This document shows positions 11,422 through 22,189 of a DNA stretch of 64,000 nucleotides, piece after piece. Under the pieces are notes generated by a model that had not been told where the DNA came from, made no database searches, and was given only the letters and a program-made list of their open reading frames with translations. This stretch comes from Corallochytrium limacisporum Hawaii. Lineage: Eukaryota > Protista > Pluriformea. The position numbers were made by a program, and so were the translations under genes. Within the stretch, counting starts at the first letter, position 1. Each line of letters starts with the position of its first letter. The DNA is taken from contig PDIP01000259.1 of NCBI GenBank assembly GCA_002811645.1, positions 1 to 64,000 of the forward strand, written 5' to 3'.

Positions 11422-12754
11422 CTGTATGGACGCGCACAGTAACACCTGCCCGCAGTCCCTGAAGGGAATCGGCTGATCATCTGCAGACTGATCGCATTGC
11501 CTGCAAGAAATCACTCGTCACACGAAAACGAAAGTGAGCGGCAGAGACCGCCTTCGCTTCTAGACCTCCCCTTCCCAATATTTTTCTCCCACATTCACTA
11601 CGGTAAAACGTCAGACCTAGGTGACCCCGTCACACACCTCCCCCAGGCATACCAGTATCCGGTCCAATCTCGGACTCCAAAACAAAGGAAGTCAGCCTGC
11701 GGCCAAGTCATCACCCGGGGGCCACCTCACTCTCCCCGTCTCCCTCCCCAACGGGAGTCTATTTTTGGACAAAACAAACGGCCCCCCCCGGTGGGGGCCC
11801 CGGGGGGGAGGTCCGAGTGTGTCCCCTTCCAGCGGTGGGCTCAGAACCTCTCGCCGCGGCTACTAACAGTACGAAGGATTCAATACCAACGGATTGGATA
11901 GAGATCTGCGCAGACCAGTTTCAGATTCTCTCGGAAGCACCATCGGCTTTTTTTCTGCCGTCTGCCCACATTCTCAAGCCCGACACACCCGTTCCGTACC
12001 AATGACAGTTACTTCATTTGCCACTAACTGGTAAGAAAGGGATTCACTTGGAGGATACAAACGTAACACGCAAGCTCCCAAGACGCATGACCACCAACCC
12101 AAAATCAATCCCCTTTATCTGCATGGAGTCTGGCGCTTGCCTAACAAAATTGTGCTACTCCCCCACACCCACCACCACTTCCTGCAAATGTTAAAAAGCC
12201 GCTCCCGTGCTCTGCCCGCATCCCCCGGGTATCGCACAGGGTGGTACACAGGAAAACAGCTGGCTCCGGGTGAAGGCATTCGATCCCGGTCGATTGGACC
12301 GTGAATACCTGAGTCCTAATTTTGTACGGTACTGTCAAGGGAATTCTGTACAGTTGCCTGACCGACAATTGCTCACAACCCAGGAGAGTGAGGGCAGGGA
12401 CCGGGGGGAGAGGAGAGACAGTACCACTGAAGTAAGGGGGGAGGGGGAGCGGTGGGGGCTCTAAGGGTCCCTGGTGGGCACGCCTCCGCGGTGCCGTTGC
12501 GACGGACGGGAGGACGAAATGATACGTTGTGTCTGAGACTGCGTGTGCACTGCAGCTGCGGTGGTGGTCGCCAGGGTTGCGTTGCGCTTCTTCTACCTTC
12601 ATCCATGCTACAGAGAATGTTTATAGGTCTGTACGTGGTATTGGAGCCACGAACGGGTATCCAAAATCGGCCATGCAAGGAAGATGACTACTTGAATCCT
12701 AGTTTCAGGAACCACCGAATTAGAAGTGTCTATTCAATTTCTGATTTACCGACC

Positions 12755-13768
12755 ATGGGTGCACCCATGCTGCTGGTCCGCTTTTGCGGCGCACTTGTTT
12801 GGATTCCCGTTAAGCATCTGTTTGGAAAAACACCAGTGAAGACTTGGGGTGTGAAATTGGACCTAGGAGTCACCATTCTGAGAATTCTTCTCTCGGAGAA
12901 GCCTAGCTGGGCCAAGAAGGTCGCCGCTAAATTAGCTGCCAAATCAGCCAAGAAAGCCAAGAAGAAGGGCTTCCCTATGCAACCAGTTTCCGACGCGAAG
13001 GGATTCACCGGCTACTGGATCGGTGATGAGTCCTGTCCAGGAACTGTATGTCTGTATGCCCACGGTGGCGGTTACGCCTCGCAGAGCTCCGCCAACTACG
13101 CGGGAAGCCTGGCTAGCATGTGCGATACTGCTAGGGGAATGGGGCGTGATTTGACCTTCCTTGCTCTGGAATACACCCTGTCCAGCGATGGAGCACCGTA
13201 TCCCACTCAGGTGGTTGAAGCTGTCGCGGCGTACGTATACTTGACCGAGACCGTTGGCGTGAAGCCCGAGAACATTGTCCTCGCCGGCGATTCTGCCGGT
13301 TCCCATCTCGCGCTGTCTACCGTGCTCAAACTCCGCGAACAAGGATTGAATCAACCGAGTAAGTGTGTGTATATCTCTCCCTGGGTCGACCTTACCGCGC
13401 ACAAGAAGGAAGAGGGTTCCATGAAGGAGCACGTCAACCTTGACTATCTGCACCCCAATTTCCTCGACTATTGTGCCCCGATTTTCGCGGGAGATGTGCC
13501 TCTGGATGACGAATGGATATCGCCCATCAAGCAAGACATGAAAGATTTGCCGCCCGCTATGTTCATCTGGGGTGGAATCGAAACGCTGGAGGACAGCATG
13601 GAAGAGTTCTGGGTCAAATATTCCACTGCAGTTGACGGTTGTGTGAAGCACGTTAACCCGATCATGCCCCATATCTGGATGTTCATCGAAGACGTGATCC
13701 TGGCCCACAAGCATTGCAAAGAAGGCCGAACGACCATCACAACCTACATGGTGGAACCGAACTACTAA
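12755..13768 (+). CDS. Alpha/beta hydrolase, HSL family (Say1/Mug180-like esterase)
   Basis: HGGG oxyanion motif, GDSAG nucleophile elbow, SPWVDL and C-terminal His (MPHIW). Start placed at ATG 12755 (accATGg). Confidence 0.9.
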   Translation: MGAPMLLVRFCGALVWIPVKHLFGKTPVKTWGVKLDLGVTILRILLSEKPSWAKKVAAKLAAKSAKKAKKKGFPMQPVSDAKGFTGYWIGDESCPGTVCLYAHGGGYASQSSANYAGSLASMCDTARGMGRDLTFLALEYTLSSDGAPYPTQVVEAVAAYVYLTETVGVKPENIVLAGDSAGSHLALSTVLKLREQGLNQPSKCVYISPWVDLTAHKKEEGSMKEHVNLDYLHPNFLDYCAPIFAGDVPLDDEWISPIKQDMKDLPPAMFIWGGIETLEDSMEEFWVKYSTAVDGCVKHVNPIMPHIWMFIEDVILAHKHCKEGRTTITTYMVEPNY

Positions 13769-14099
13769 CGTTCAGAGCCCCGCTCTGCGCTCCTACGCAG
13801 TGTCCTTTCCCAGGCGATAGGGAGAGGTGGACACCCTGATTTCCACTCTTGGGTGCAAAAGACCATCATTAATTCCGTCGTGTGCCAACGATCCACGTAC
13901 TCAGTCTAGAGAAATTTTGGTGGGGTACCATACACTCACTAAACTTCCGGGACTTTCCTGCACGTTTTTTTTTGGGTTCGGGGCCTGGCGGAAAATTTCA
14001 CACGGACGTATATTTAAAGCTATATAATGGCTACTATACTGTTCTAATATATGGATTTCCGTATAATTAATAGCACCGGTAGTTAAAGAACTTGCTGTG

Positions 14100-15800
14100 T
14101 TCAAAGTGGACCCGGGGGGAGGGGGCCGGGTTTCGGCGGCCTCGCTCTCAGTGTGCCCACCCACCACTGCCATCCGTCGGCCTAGGGTTGGGCAGGCGAA
14201 GGAAAGGAGGGAAGGGAGGGGTGCCTGCCAGCAGCCAGCCAGCCAGCCAGCCAGGAACGGGGGGCCAAAGAGGAGTCCAATTTTCCTCGTTTGTATTTTC
14301 TTCCCCCTTTATTTTGTCCTTTCAAAATTCTAAACCAGCCCTACCAACCCGGACCTGACGCAGAACCGGGCCCCTCTCTCCCCCTCCTCCCCCGGGGGAA
14401 AATGGGCCCCCTTTCTCGGGCCATTGGCCCCCCGGGCCCCGGGGGGGGGAGTCTCACCGGTCCGCTCCGTCCCTCTCCGGTTCGGTTCCTATTTTTTTTT
14501 CTCTCCTCTTCTTCCACTTTTGCTACCTTTGGCCCGTTTTACAATTCTTTTTTTTTTTGCCCTGGCTGGGCCCTTTGTTTGTCCAGGCTTAGAAGAGTTT
14601 GCACCGGGGCAGGGGTTGGAGGGGGTTACCCTCTTTCCGTGGATCGGCGGGGGATTTTTTTTTCTGCGAGTGAGTGAGTGAGTGTGTGCGTGCGTTGGTA
14701 CAGCAGACCTTTTTGGTCTTTTACCTTTTTTTTTGTTTCTTTTGATTTCGTTTTTTTTTGGTGTATTCCCGCAGAAAGTCCGGTCGGTTGAAACCGCCCC
14801 TTCCCAAATAAAAATAAACACCAACACCAACACACACACACACGCAGATACAGAGACTCAGACAGCCAACGTTGGAAATAAAAAAAGGATGAAAAGGGAA
14901 GAGGTAAGCACGTGTCTGCAAGCATTTTTTGGTGTAAACTCAACTTGGCAATCTTCTTCTTCTTTTTCTTCTTTTGCTGCCATTTTAGTTTTTTTTTCTC
15001 GTGGACTCTCTCTGCCGGCTTTTAGGGTTTTTCTTGTCCACCCCCTCCCTCCCGCGGGGCAGGGAGAGGGAGAGTGAGAGTAGTGCGCTTATGAAGAAAC
15101 AAAACTTTAAACAGAGATTTGTACGCTGTCTCTTTCCTTTCGTGCGTGGCGTTTTGTTGTGAGTGTACCGCGTGTGTGTGTGTGTGTAGCTTCTGTGGGT
15201 CTTTACCCCCCCCCCTACGCTCACACATGGAAAAGTAAGCGAGAAAAAAATGTAAAAAAAATGGTAGATTGAAAATAGACACGACCCTTTCGCCTGGGCT
15301 CTCTGGTCATCCCTTTTTGCGGTACTTCCCCCACCCCCGCCCCGGGGGGGGGAGGCTCTACGCTCCACGCATTCTCCCGGTAGCTGAATGGATTTCCATA
15401 GTGAAAGAATGAAAGAGATTTCATGATTTCGATCCTTGCGGAACTCCGCGGACACCACGAAGAGGGGCCCCCCCGGGGTTGGGGGCCGGGGGAGAGAGCC
15501 ACAGCCACGTAAGAGTGGGGCCCTTTGTGGCTAACAATGCCCTTTTCCATCGCCCAAATAAAAAGCCTTCTGAAATAAAACAAGAAGAAAAAAAAAGGAA
15601 AGAAAAGGGGACAGGAAAAAGCAAAGAGAGAGAGAGAGAGAGAGTGAGTGAGTGAGACAGAGAGACAGAGAGAGAGAGGGAGTTCAGTTTGCGGTTCCTG
15701 TCCGCCGGGAGCTCCCAAATTTTCGCAGGCGGGCCGGCAACGGCGGGGAGGTGAGACGGCGGGCCAGGGGGACGAACCCCCCCTCCCCGGGGGGGACCCA
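14100..15800. repeat. Low-complexity intergenic region with (GA)n, (CA)n, (GAGT)n, (GCCA)n microsatellites and homopolymer runs
   Basis: (GA)n about 15626-15680, (GT)n 15172-15187, (CAGC)n about 14229-14253, many poly-T/C/G runs. The ORFs here have low-complexity composition. Confidence 0.85.
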
Positions 15801-16242
15801 CACTGGCGAATCAAGTGGCTATCAGCACGCAAGTGGACGACACGAAGCGTGTAGGCGCCATTGGTTGCTGCTCGATCACTCTTCACGTCATTCGGAAATC
15901 TCTTGGGCATGAGAACCCCTAAGAGCTTTTGGCGGAAGTGTGTTTGCGTAACCTTGGGTCACCCGCAATCCTATACGTAGGACAAAAGCTATAACAACGT
16001 TGGTGACTCATTATGAATCCCACGCGTGTTGCTCGTTTGAACTAGAAAAGCGACACCGCGACTAGGGAAATCCCATGGGTAGCTAGTTGGGAACCCAGAA
16101 CAACAGCAAATTGTCAATTAATTCTTCACAAATGATCTACGGAGAAGAATGGAGTAAAGGAAAATAAAAGCAGGACCATGGAGTAAAATACTCACTATAC
16201 TACAGACTGTGCAAAGTCTGGGACATTAGCTTAGATTCAAGC

Positions 16243-18579
16243 ATGCGGTGGGCATGCACAATACCCGTATGGACCGCAGGGTTGGCCCTTGGTGACCAGG
16301 TCCATGCGCAAACAACAACCGCAAACACACAATTACCTGCGGATATGCCACAGAGGCGTACGGATTACAGTGTACACAGTGCCAACCTCAGGATATCGCT
16401 ACAGGGCGTGACCGAGCCCACGGGATACAGCACGGACCTCCCATGGTCTGAATCAGAGCTGGAGCATGGTTTGGTTAGGCTCGAAGGCGTGTTTGCGACC
16501 TTTGCGTCAGAAACCAATGCCAGTGGGCGACTAGTGCGAATGAATCCTACAGATGGCTGTGCCAATGACGGACCAATTAGTTTAGATTCGCGGGCCCTCG
16601 CATCGATGAAAATGGAGGTGAACACGACCCACGGCCACGGGAACCATCAGGAACAGTGCGAGGAGAAGCAGGAATGTGATGGTGAAGACATGGTCAGGCC
16701 CCATCCGCCACCATCTTCACTGGGTGAGCAATTTATTGCCGTGGTCGATCGCCGGCCGATTGGCCGTTGCACATTTCTAGCTAAAGCCCAGAATGCCCTG
16801 GACGCCGGTGCGGTGGCAGTGGTGATCATCATGGAACCAGAAGACCCGCCGGTAAACATATTGGTCGGTGAGGATAGTGTACCCATGCCTGTAGTAAGTG
16901 TCTCACACACTGTTGGACAAAGGATAATGCATTTGATGGGCCAGCGGGCGTACATTGACATGGGACAGGAGCTCAAGCCTGTGCTCAACTTCTTTATTTC
17001 CAAGTACCTGCACGATGCCGCCGTAGCTACATGTGTGGTGTTGGCTGTCCTGGTTATCATAATGACCATCCGTACCATCATCGAAAACCGCCGGAAATAC
17101 CGTGAGGAACTGCAAAAGGTCGAGGTACAGAAGCGCGTGTATGAGCTCATGGCGTCCCTGCCTGTCATGGACTACCGTTCGCTCATTGAAATTGCGCAAC
17201 ACCGCATTACTCAAGCGCGTGAGGGCATCACTGCAGCCACAACACAGGCCGCAGAGATGGCTCGGGCCACTGCGGCTGCGGCAACTGCCGCAGGTCAGGA
17301 GCCCGAGCAGCAGCCGCTTGCCGACGAGGGTGAGTCCCCGACAGAGGCCGCGTCCGCCGGGGGAACTCCTCCTCCTGGGGACGACGAACAACGGAGCAGC
17401 AAAGACAGCGCCGGCGGCGGTGACAACTCCGCCACCCTCGTGCGCTCCGACTCGCCCGCATCGTCATCATCGGTCGAAAGCAACGATGCCCCTTCAACTC
17501 CTGGCTCACCGCCGCCGACAACTCTGGCCGGTGCTGCTGGAAGTGTGGAGTCTGACCCAGACACGTGCAGCATTTGTCTGGATGAGTACTCTTTTGAGTG
17601 CAAGATCCGCACCCTGCCCTGTGGACATTGTTTCCACCGCGTGTGCGTTGATCCGTGGCTGATCAAGAACCGCAATTGTCCGCTGTGTAAGTTGGACGTC
17701 CTCTACGCAAATTCCAAGGGCGTTCTGGGCATTGCGCTTCCGTCCGTGATGCAGAACAATGCGGACGCAGGCGACGCAGGCGTCGCTGCAGCGTGCCGCA
17801 GGAGCACATCTGCTGACAATCTACGTGAATTTATGATACACAGCAACCCGGAGACAGCACGAGGTCGCATTGCCTCCGAATTTGGCACCGCCGCCAGCAT
17901 CCACAGTACCCACACGCTCAACGCTGGACCGGAGATGGTCTACGGCAGCAGTGGCAGGGGCGGTGGCGGCGATGGTAACGGCACGACTGGTTCTGTCGTT
18001 GCCCAGTCTGGATCATCATCTGCTGGGACGAGCATGTACCAGCAGATGTTGAATCTTCTCAACATTCCTCTGCATGGCATTAACAACATTGGCCTGGGTA
18101 GCAGCAGCCGCAGTGGCAAAAACGGTGATGGCGCATGTCATAAGTCCGTGCCGGCTACACCACGCTCTCGCGAATCCTCGACCGCATCCGTCGCCGAAGG
18201 TAGCTCATCCGTTCCGCTCCATTCTTTGCGATACCGGAAAACTGCGCGGCGTGACCTGAGGGTGTCCAGTCAGGAGGACACCACCAGCACCACCTCTGAC
18301 GCAACGAAGGGTCGGCGCGGTGGCAACCGCCGTGGGTCCGATCATCTGTCCCAGCCACAGCCGGGCTCGGCCATGTCGCACCACCGCGCCATGAGCACCA
18401 GCGCTCTGAGTTCATACAATGTGACGGACGCCGGCGAGGCTATGTTTGGTAGTACACACGTCGCTGGCGTGGAGCGTAGCCGGGACCGAGATGAGGGTGG
18501 CCAGCAGGAACCTTCCTTGTTCAGCGAATGGTTGTCTGCCAACAAGCGGGAGGGTAATCGCAAGGGCTCGTGGTTCTAA
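16243..18579 (+). CDS. PA-TM-RING-H2 E3 ubiquitin ligase (RNF13/GRAIL/goliath family)
   Basis: Signal peptide; PA domain 'IAVVDRR..CTFLAKAQNALDAGAVAVVI'; one TM helix; RING-H2 'CSICLDEY..LPCGHCFHRVCVDPWL..CPLC'; Ser-rich tail. Confidence 0.93.
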   Translation: MRWACTIPVWTAGLALGDQVHAQTTTANTQLPADMPQRRTDYSVHSANLRISLQGVTEPTGYSTDLPWSESELEHGLVRLEGVFATFASETNASGRLVRMNPTDGCANDGPISLDSRALASMKMEVNTTHGHGNHQEQCEEKQECDGEDMVRPHPPPSSLGEQFIAVVDRRPIGRCTFLAKAQNALDAGAVAVVIIMEPEDPPVNILVGEDSVPMPVVSVSHTVGQRIMHLMGQRAYIDMGQELKPVLNFFISKYLHDAAVATCVVLAVLVIIMTIRTIIENRRKYREELQKVEVQKRVYELMASLPVMDYRSLIEIAQHRITQAREGITAATTQAAEMARATAAAATAAGQEPEQQPLADEGESPTEAASAGGTPPPGDDEQRSSKDSAGGGDNSATLVRSDSPASSSSVESNDAPSTPGSPPPTTLAGAAGSVESDPDTCSICLDEYSFECKIRTLPCGHCFHRVCVDPWLIKNRNCPLCKLDVLYANSKGVLGIALPSVMQNNADAGDAGVAAACRRSTSADNLREFMIHSNPETARGRIASEFGTAASIHSTHTLNAGPEMVYGSSGRGGGGDGNGTTGSVVAQSGSSSAGTSMYQQMLNLLNIPLHGINNIGLGSSSRSGKNGDGACHKSVPATPRSRESSTASVAEGSSSVPLHSLRYRKTARRDLRVSSQEDTTSTTSDATKGRRGGNRRGSDHLSQPQPGSAMSHHRAMSTSALSSYNVTDAGEAMFGSTHVAGVERSRDRDEGGQQEPSLFSEWLSANKREGNRKGSWF

Positions 18580-18856
18580 GGAACGTCAATGACGCCAAAC
18601 TTGCGTAGGCTTCCCTGTGCCCATGTTGTTGTCCTTTATCCAAATGATTTGGGTTTATGAGATAGTATTAGTATAGCCTTTAAAATATAGCAATGTACGG
18701 GTGTTTTTGGTTCAAAACAGAAATGGAACAGCAAAAGGTCATGGCCTTCCGAGGGCTTTATGGCGCATGTGAAGCTGGCCAAGACAGCTCGCTCCGTTTT
18801 TGTACTGCCGCATCCAGTCAGCACCTGCAGAAGGTTTGCTCCCGTCTCCCTGCACT

Positions 18857-19513
18857 CTATCCCCGCAGCAAGACGTTGGCACGTACGTTGGCATTCTGCA
18901 CACGGGCACCGCTGACCTCCGTCTTCTTGTTGATCTTGTCAATCTGGTGGTTTTGACGGTCCAATTCCGTGCCCATGTCCTTCGCCTGTGCCTTCAAATC
19001 GCCCAGAATCTCGTGCACTGCTCCAACGTTTTCGTTCATCTCCTCCTCGCGTTCGTCGTTGGTGATGCGCTTAATGTAGTTCACCTTGCCATTCTCACCA
19101 GTCTCTGCGGTACTCGGGTTCGCCAAGGGGGGCTGTCCGGCGGGCTGCTCGTTGACCACACCGTTGGCCGCCTGACCTCTTTCTGGACCGTAAGCCTTGC
19201 GGTATTTCTTGGAGTCTTCAATGTTCTTCCGGCGATTCCAGGGGCAGGTGCAACATCCGCAGCACTTTTCCATTTGCGTCAATTCGGCCTCTGCAGCGCG
19301 CATGTTCTGGTTGATCTGATCGAGGTCGCCATCGACGCGGTTAAGTTGCTCTCCCTGTTGATCGAGCGTGACCAGGGTCTCGGCACCGACCTTGCGGCTC
19401 TGTTCAGCGTAGTTCTTCATGCGCCGGGTGGAAGCCAATGACTCGTCAGTGACCTCATTGGCCTGCTGCAGCATGGCAGCGATTTCCTGGCGTTCCATCT
19501 CATCGTCGGCCAT
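18857..19513 (-). CDS. SNAP25: SNAP-25-type Qbc-SNARE
   Basis: Two SNARE motifs ('DESLASTRRM..LDQQGEQL' and 'EREEEMNENV..ELDRQNHQID') joined by a linker with the Cys cluster KCCGCCTCPW. Confidence 0.95.
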   Translation of the reverse strand: MADDEMERQEIAAMLQQANEVTDESLASTRRMKNYAEQSRKVGAETLVTLDQQGEQLNRVDGDLDQINQNMRAAEAELTQMEKCCGCCTCPWNRRKNIEDSKKYRKAYGPERGQAANGVVNEQPAGQPPLANPSTAETGENGKVNYIKRITNDEREEEMNENVGAVHEILGDLKAQAKDMGTELDRQNHQIDKINKKTEVSGARVQNANVRANVLLRG

Positions 19514-19525
19514 GGTTGCTGGTGA

Positions 19526-19712
19526 CTGTGTGAAAAATTATATATATGTACAAATTAAACTGAAGAAAGTAAAGATTGCTCAAGCCCGAACGTACCACCC
19601 GGGTTACTGATTTCGATAAAGTGTGGCGTAGTAGCTTCCTTCTTTTCCTTCCTTGACTGTGCCCCACGCCTGAATCAAGTCGTAAGCCTATTCATCGGAC
19701 CCACATTCTTAC
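19526..19712 (-). other. Putative 5'-UTR intron of SNAP-25
   Basis: Minus strand AAG|GTAAGA ... TAATTTTTCACACAG|, ending 12 nt before the ATG. Confidence 0.55.
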
Positions 19713-19799
19713 CTTCGCACACACGATCTCTTAGCTTTCCAAGTACCACCAAAGGTCTCAAGGAACCGTACTTGCTGCCAAGACGAGCACCATTCAAAC

Positions 19800-21620
19800 A
19801 AAAAAGAAAGAAGGCCACAGACAGACAGAGCGAGAGAGAGAGAGAGAGCGAGCAAAGTGAGAGAGATAGTATGTGTGTTTTGTGTTGGGTTATACGCCTC
19901 TCTTCCCTGGGGCCCGCTCACTCGTCCCTTGCCCAGGGGGGGGCGGTGGTGCCCCGCCCGCCCTTTCTTCCATGCCCCGCGTTCCTCCTCCCTTCCCCCG
20001 GGGCTCCCTGCCCTTCCGTCCGACGACCGAGAAAAAAAAAAAGGAAAAGGAAAAAGACCAGTGTGCCAAGTACTGCACTTCCTCACAAATTCCCCGGTGC
20101 TAAGAACATGAAATCGTCAAAGAAAAACGACGAGAAAATAAGGCAGACAGACGACCGCCGACCACTGTCTCCCCTTCCACACACACACACACACCCTCGG
20201 CCACAGAAAAAAAAGTAAACATTGCGGAAGTACTGGGCTCCTCTGCCCAGTTTGAACGGGCTCCGTTTGCACCTTTGCCTTTGGGCCAACGTCGGTCGGT
20301 GTTGTGCCGGTGCTGGCACAGCCGCGTCCAAACCCTTACCGCCGTCGTGCCAGCTGAAAAAGGGGGGACAGGGGGCTTGGGGGGTTGGGTGGTGGTAGTA
20401 GTAAAGCAATGGGGAGAAAGACGGAAAAGAGGGAAGGGGGGGGCAGGCCAGAGAGGGAACCCGCTCCACGGCGAGGGAGGGAGGGAGAGAGAGCGAGTGA
20501 CATTGTCCAAATCGGGACAAGAAGGAACACTGACACAGAGAGAGAGAGAGAGAGACACACACACACACACACGCGGGGGCAGGGTGCCGCTCTCTTTGCT
20601 TTCCTCTCTGTGTCTCTCAGAGTGAAGTAAGTGAGTGGTGGCGATGTGTGTGTGTGTGGAGAGAGAGAGAGAGAGAGAGAGGGCGAGGGGGTACACTGGA
20701 GAACAGGCACGCATATTTCCTTTGTTTTTTTTTGAACGTGTCACCGTTCCTTCACACACCTCTCACTCACATCCGCACTCGAGGAAGGAAAGAACCCGCC
20801 CGGGAGAAAAAAAATGAAAGGAGAACGGGGGAGACCGGGGAGGGTCGAGGGGGGACGGGTGTGTTTGGATCGGGCTTGTTGTGTCAATGTCCCACTGCCC
20901 CACACCGAAGCACACGGAAAGCAGAACGTGCCCGGCGGAGAATCGGTGCTTTAGGTAGTAGAGCAAGAGAGAGAGGGCAAGAGACAGAGACGGAGAGACA
21001 GCAGACGAGAGAACGATCTCTTAACAGCAATCGTGCTCACCGATGTTGGATGGATAGCAAGGAAAGGATGAGCCCGGGGAGGCGCGAGGGGAATCCACTG
21101 GCCACCAAAACGTGGGTCAGCAAAGGAAGAAAACCAACCGTGCAAAAACTGACAAAAAAAGAGAGAGAGAGAGAGCGGTAGAAATAGGAAAAAGACAAGA
21201 GAGCCCTTGCCCTAAAAATATCGTAGAAAAAATCATTCCTTTTTTTTCTCTATTCTTTCTTTCTGACCCAGCCGGCATTTTTCGATGATGACTGAAAGGG
21301 AAATCTGGGCTGTTTCTGCCCTGGGGTCTCTTTTGCCTTCTGCCTGAACACGTGCGGACGGACGACGGAGGGAAAGGAAGGCAGGCGGTGTGTGTGTGTG
21401 TGTGGAGGGGGGGTATCTCACTGTCTCCCTCTCTCGCATAAAATGAACCGGCCTCCACCTTTTTGTCCGCGCGGTGCGTTCCTCATCAAAGAAAAAAAGG
21501 GAAAGAATAAAAAAAGAAAGACAAAAAAATACATGAGAAAATAACTAAGGAGGAGGAGCGGGGCCCCGCGGGGGGGGGTGGTTTGTTCTTTCTTTCGTTT
21601 TCTTTTTTTTTTTCATCTTG
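19800..21620. repeat. Purine-skewed low-complexity region with (GA)n/(CA)n/(GT)n microsatellites, poly-A and G-runs
   Basis: (GA)n/(CA)n at 19828-19866, 20537-20572 and 20645-20680; (GT)n at 21388-21403; multiple A-tracts. Confidence 0.85.
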
Positions 21621-22189
21621 TCCGGCCAGGGCCCCCGCGATCAGCGATCAGCGCAGTTTGGTAGTCAATGTACGGAATTACTTTCGGGTTAGGGTCACCA
21701 GGCAAAAGGCCAAGGCAAGGGAGGGGAGGGGAGGAAGGCGCCGGTTGGCCCGATGATGGCGTTAGGGGAAGCAGGTACCCTAGGGCTCCCTGGACAATGG
21801 CCCCGGGGCGGGGGCCAAGGGAGTATTACGTCGCCATCTGTGCCATAGTGAAAGTACTGAGCCAAGGCCTGGTCCTGGGACGTGCGGGCCACCACCGACA
21901 AAAAGTCGGGATGATATCATGGTCCTATTATATTTGTATACGGACGTTTTTCCACAATCATTATATAATATGCGCTTATATTTTAAAACAATATCCGGAT
22001 GTTCTATATTCAGCATTCCAGTACCGAACCTAACCCCCACCCCGCCTACCAAGGGAAAAGGGGAGGGGGCCGAAATTCCGCAGTCGGTCGGCCCACAGGA
22101 CACGTCGACTTGGAGGACAGCCTCCGCATGCCCGCCATCTATTCAGCATACCAGTGCGGGAATAGAGTGGGAACACAGACTTTGGGCTC

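Noticed and set aside
12225-12300. tRNA-like A-box/B-box spacing (TCGCACAGGGTGGTA ... ATTCGATCCC)
   Set aside because: T-stem and acceptor stem do not pair, so no cloverleaf forms.
14092-15912. Many ORFs up to 229 aa in the microsatellite region (likewise 19709-21458)
   Set aside because: They are translations of (GA)n, (CA)n and homopolymer runs.
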